Assembly: GCA_965202985.1 (NCBI GenBank)
Contig: CBDBCF010000001.1
Span: 1,440,001 to 1,504,000 of the forward strand
DNA length: 64,000 bases
Direction of reading: 5' to 3'
Origin: Longimicrobiales bacterium
GTDB taxonomy: Bacteria; Gemmatimonadota; Gemmatimonadetes; Longimicrobiales; Gaopeijiaceae
Both the position numbers and the translations under genes were made by a program. Below the pieces are notes generated by a model. It did no database searches. It saw nothing but the letters and a program-made list of their open reading frames with translations, and was not told the origin of the DNA. Of this stretch, positions 63,777 through 64,000 are shown piece after piece; position 1 is the first letter of the stretch; every line of letters starts with the position of its first letter.

Positions 63777-64000
63777 GGATCGCCGCCGGTTCTTCCAGGA
63801 ACGCCTTCAGCGTGGCCAGGAAGGCGGCGCCCTCGGCCCCGTCTATGACGCGGTGGTCGCAACTCATGGTCATGCGCATTCGGGGTCGGACCACGACCTG
63901 CCCGTCCCGCGCCACGGGCCGCTCCTCGGCGGCGCCCACCGCCAAGATGCCAGCCTCGGGCGGGTTGATGACCGCCGTGAATTCTTCTATCCCGAACATG
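63769..64000 (-). CDS. pdhC: Dihydrolipoamide acyltransferase (E2) C-terminus, partial
   Basis: AVINPPE..SCDHRVIDG catalytic motif; the gene runs off the window edge. Confidence 0.85.
   Translation of the reverse strand, partial: MFGIEEFTAVINPPEAGILAVGAAEERPVARDGQVVVRPRMRMTMSCDHRVIDGAEGAAFLATLKAFLEEPAAILA

Overview
High-GC bacterial chromosome segment. The gene set and adhesin style suggest a Gemmatimonadota-like, possibly host-associated organism (inference only). Core blocks lie at 1-17.2 kb (large NAD-GDH, YhaO/YhaN nuclease-ATPase, three glycosyltransferases, pgeF, sucA) and 36-64 kb (ANKH/MATE-like transporter, PhzF, TAXI-TRAP transporter interrupted by a frameshifted Rpn gene, orphan PilB-like ATPase, OSBS/NSAR, glcDE-glcF, msrC-like GAF protein, M42 peptidase, fxsA, ispH, lpdA, pdhC end). 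An accessory region at about 17.3-35.2 kb contains decayed gene fragments and a 4522-aa autotransporter-type adhesin bracketed by two inverted IS1202/ISNCY remnants. The two strongest leads are: (1) two small genes (35300-36007 and 50445-50963) sharing a 76%-identical, helix-rich C-terminal domain, one of them with a coiled-coil / basic-linker / DNA-binding layout like H-NS, Lsr2 or Rok silencers; (2) a G21 homopolymer placed so that a 1-nt slip would join an upstream ATG in frame to the giant adhesin (candidate phase-variation switch). All calls come from motif recognition by eye; no searches were run, and several start codons are best guesses.
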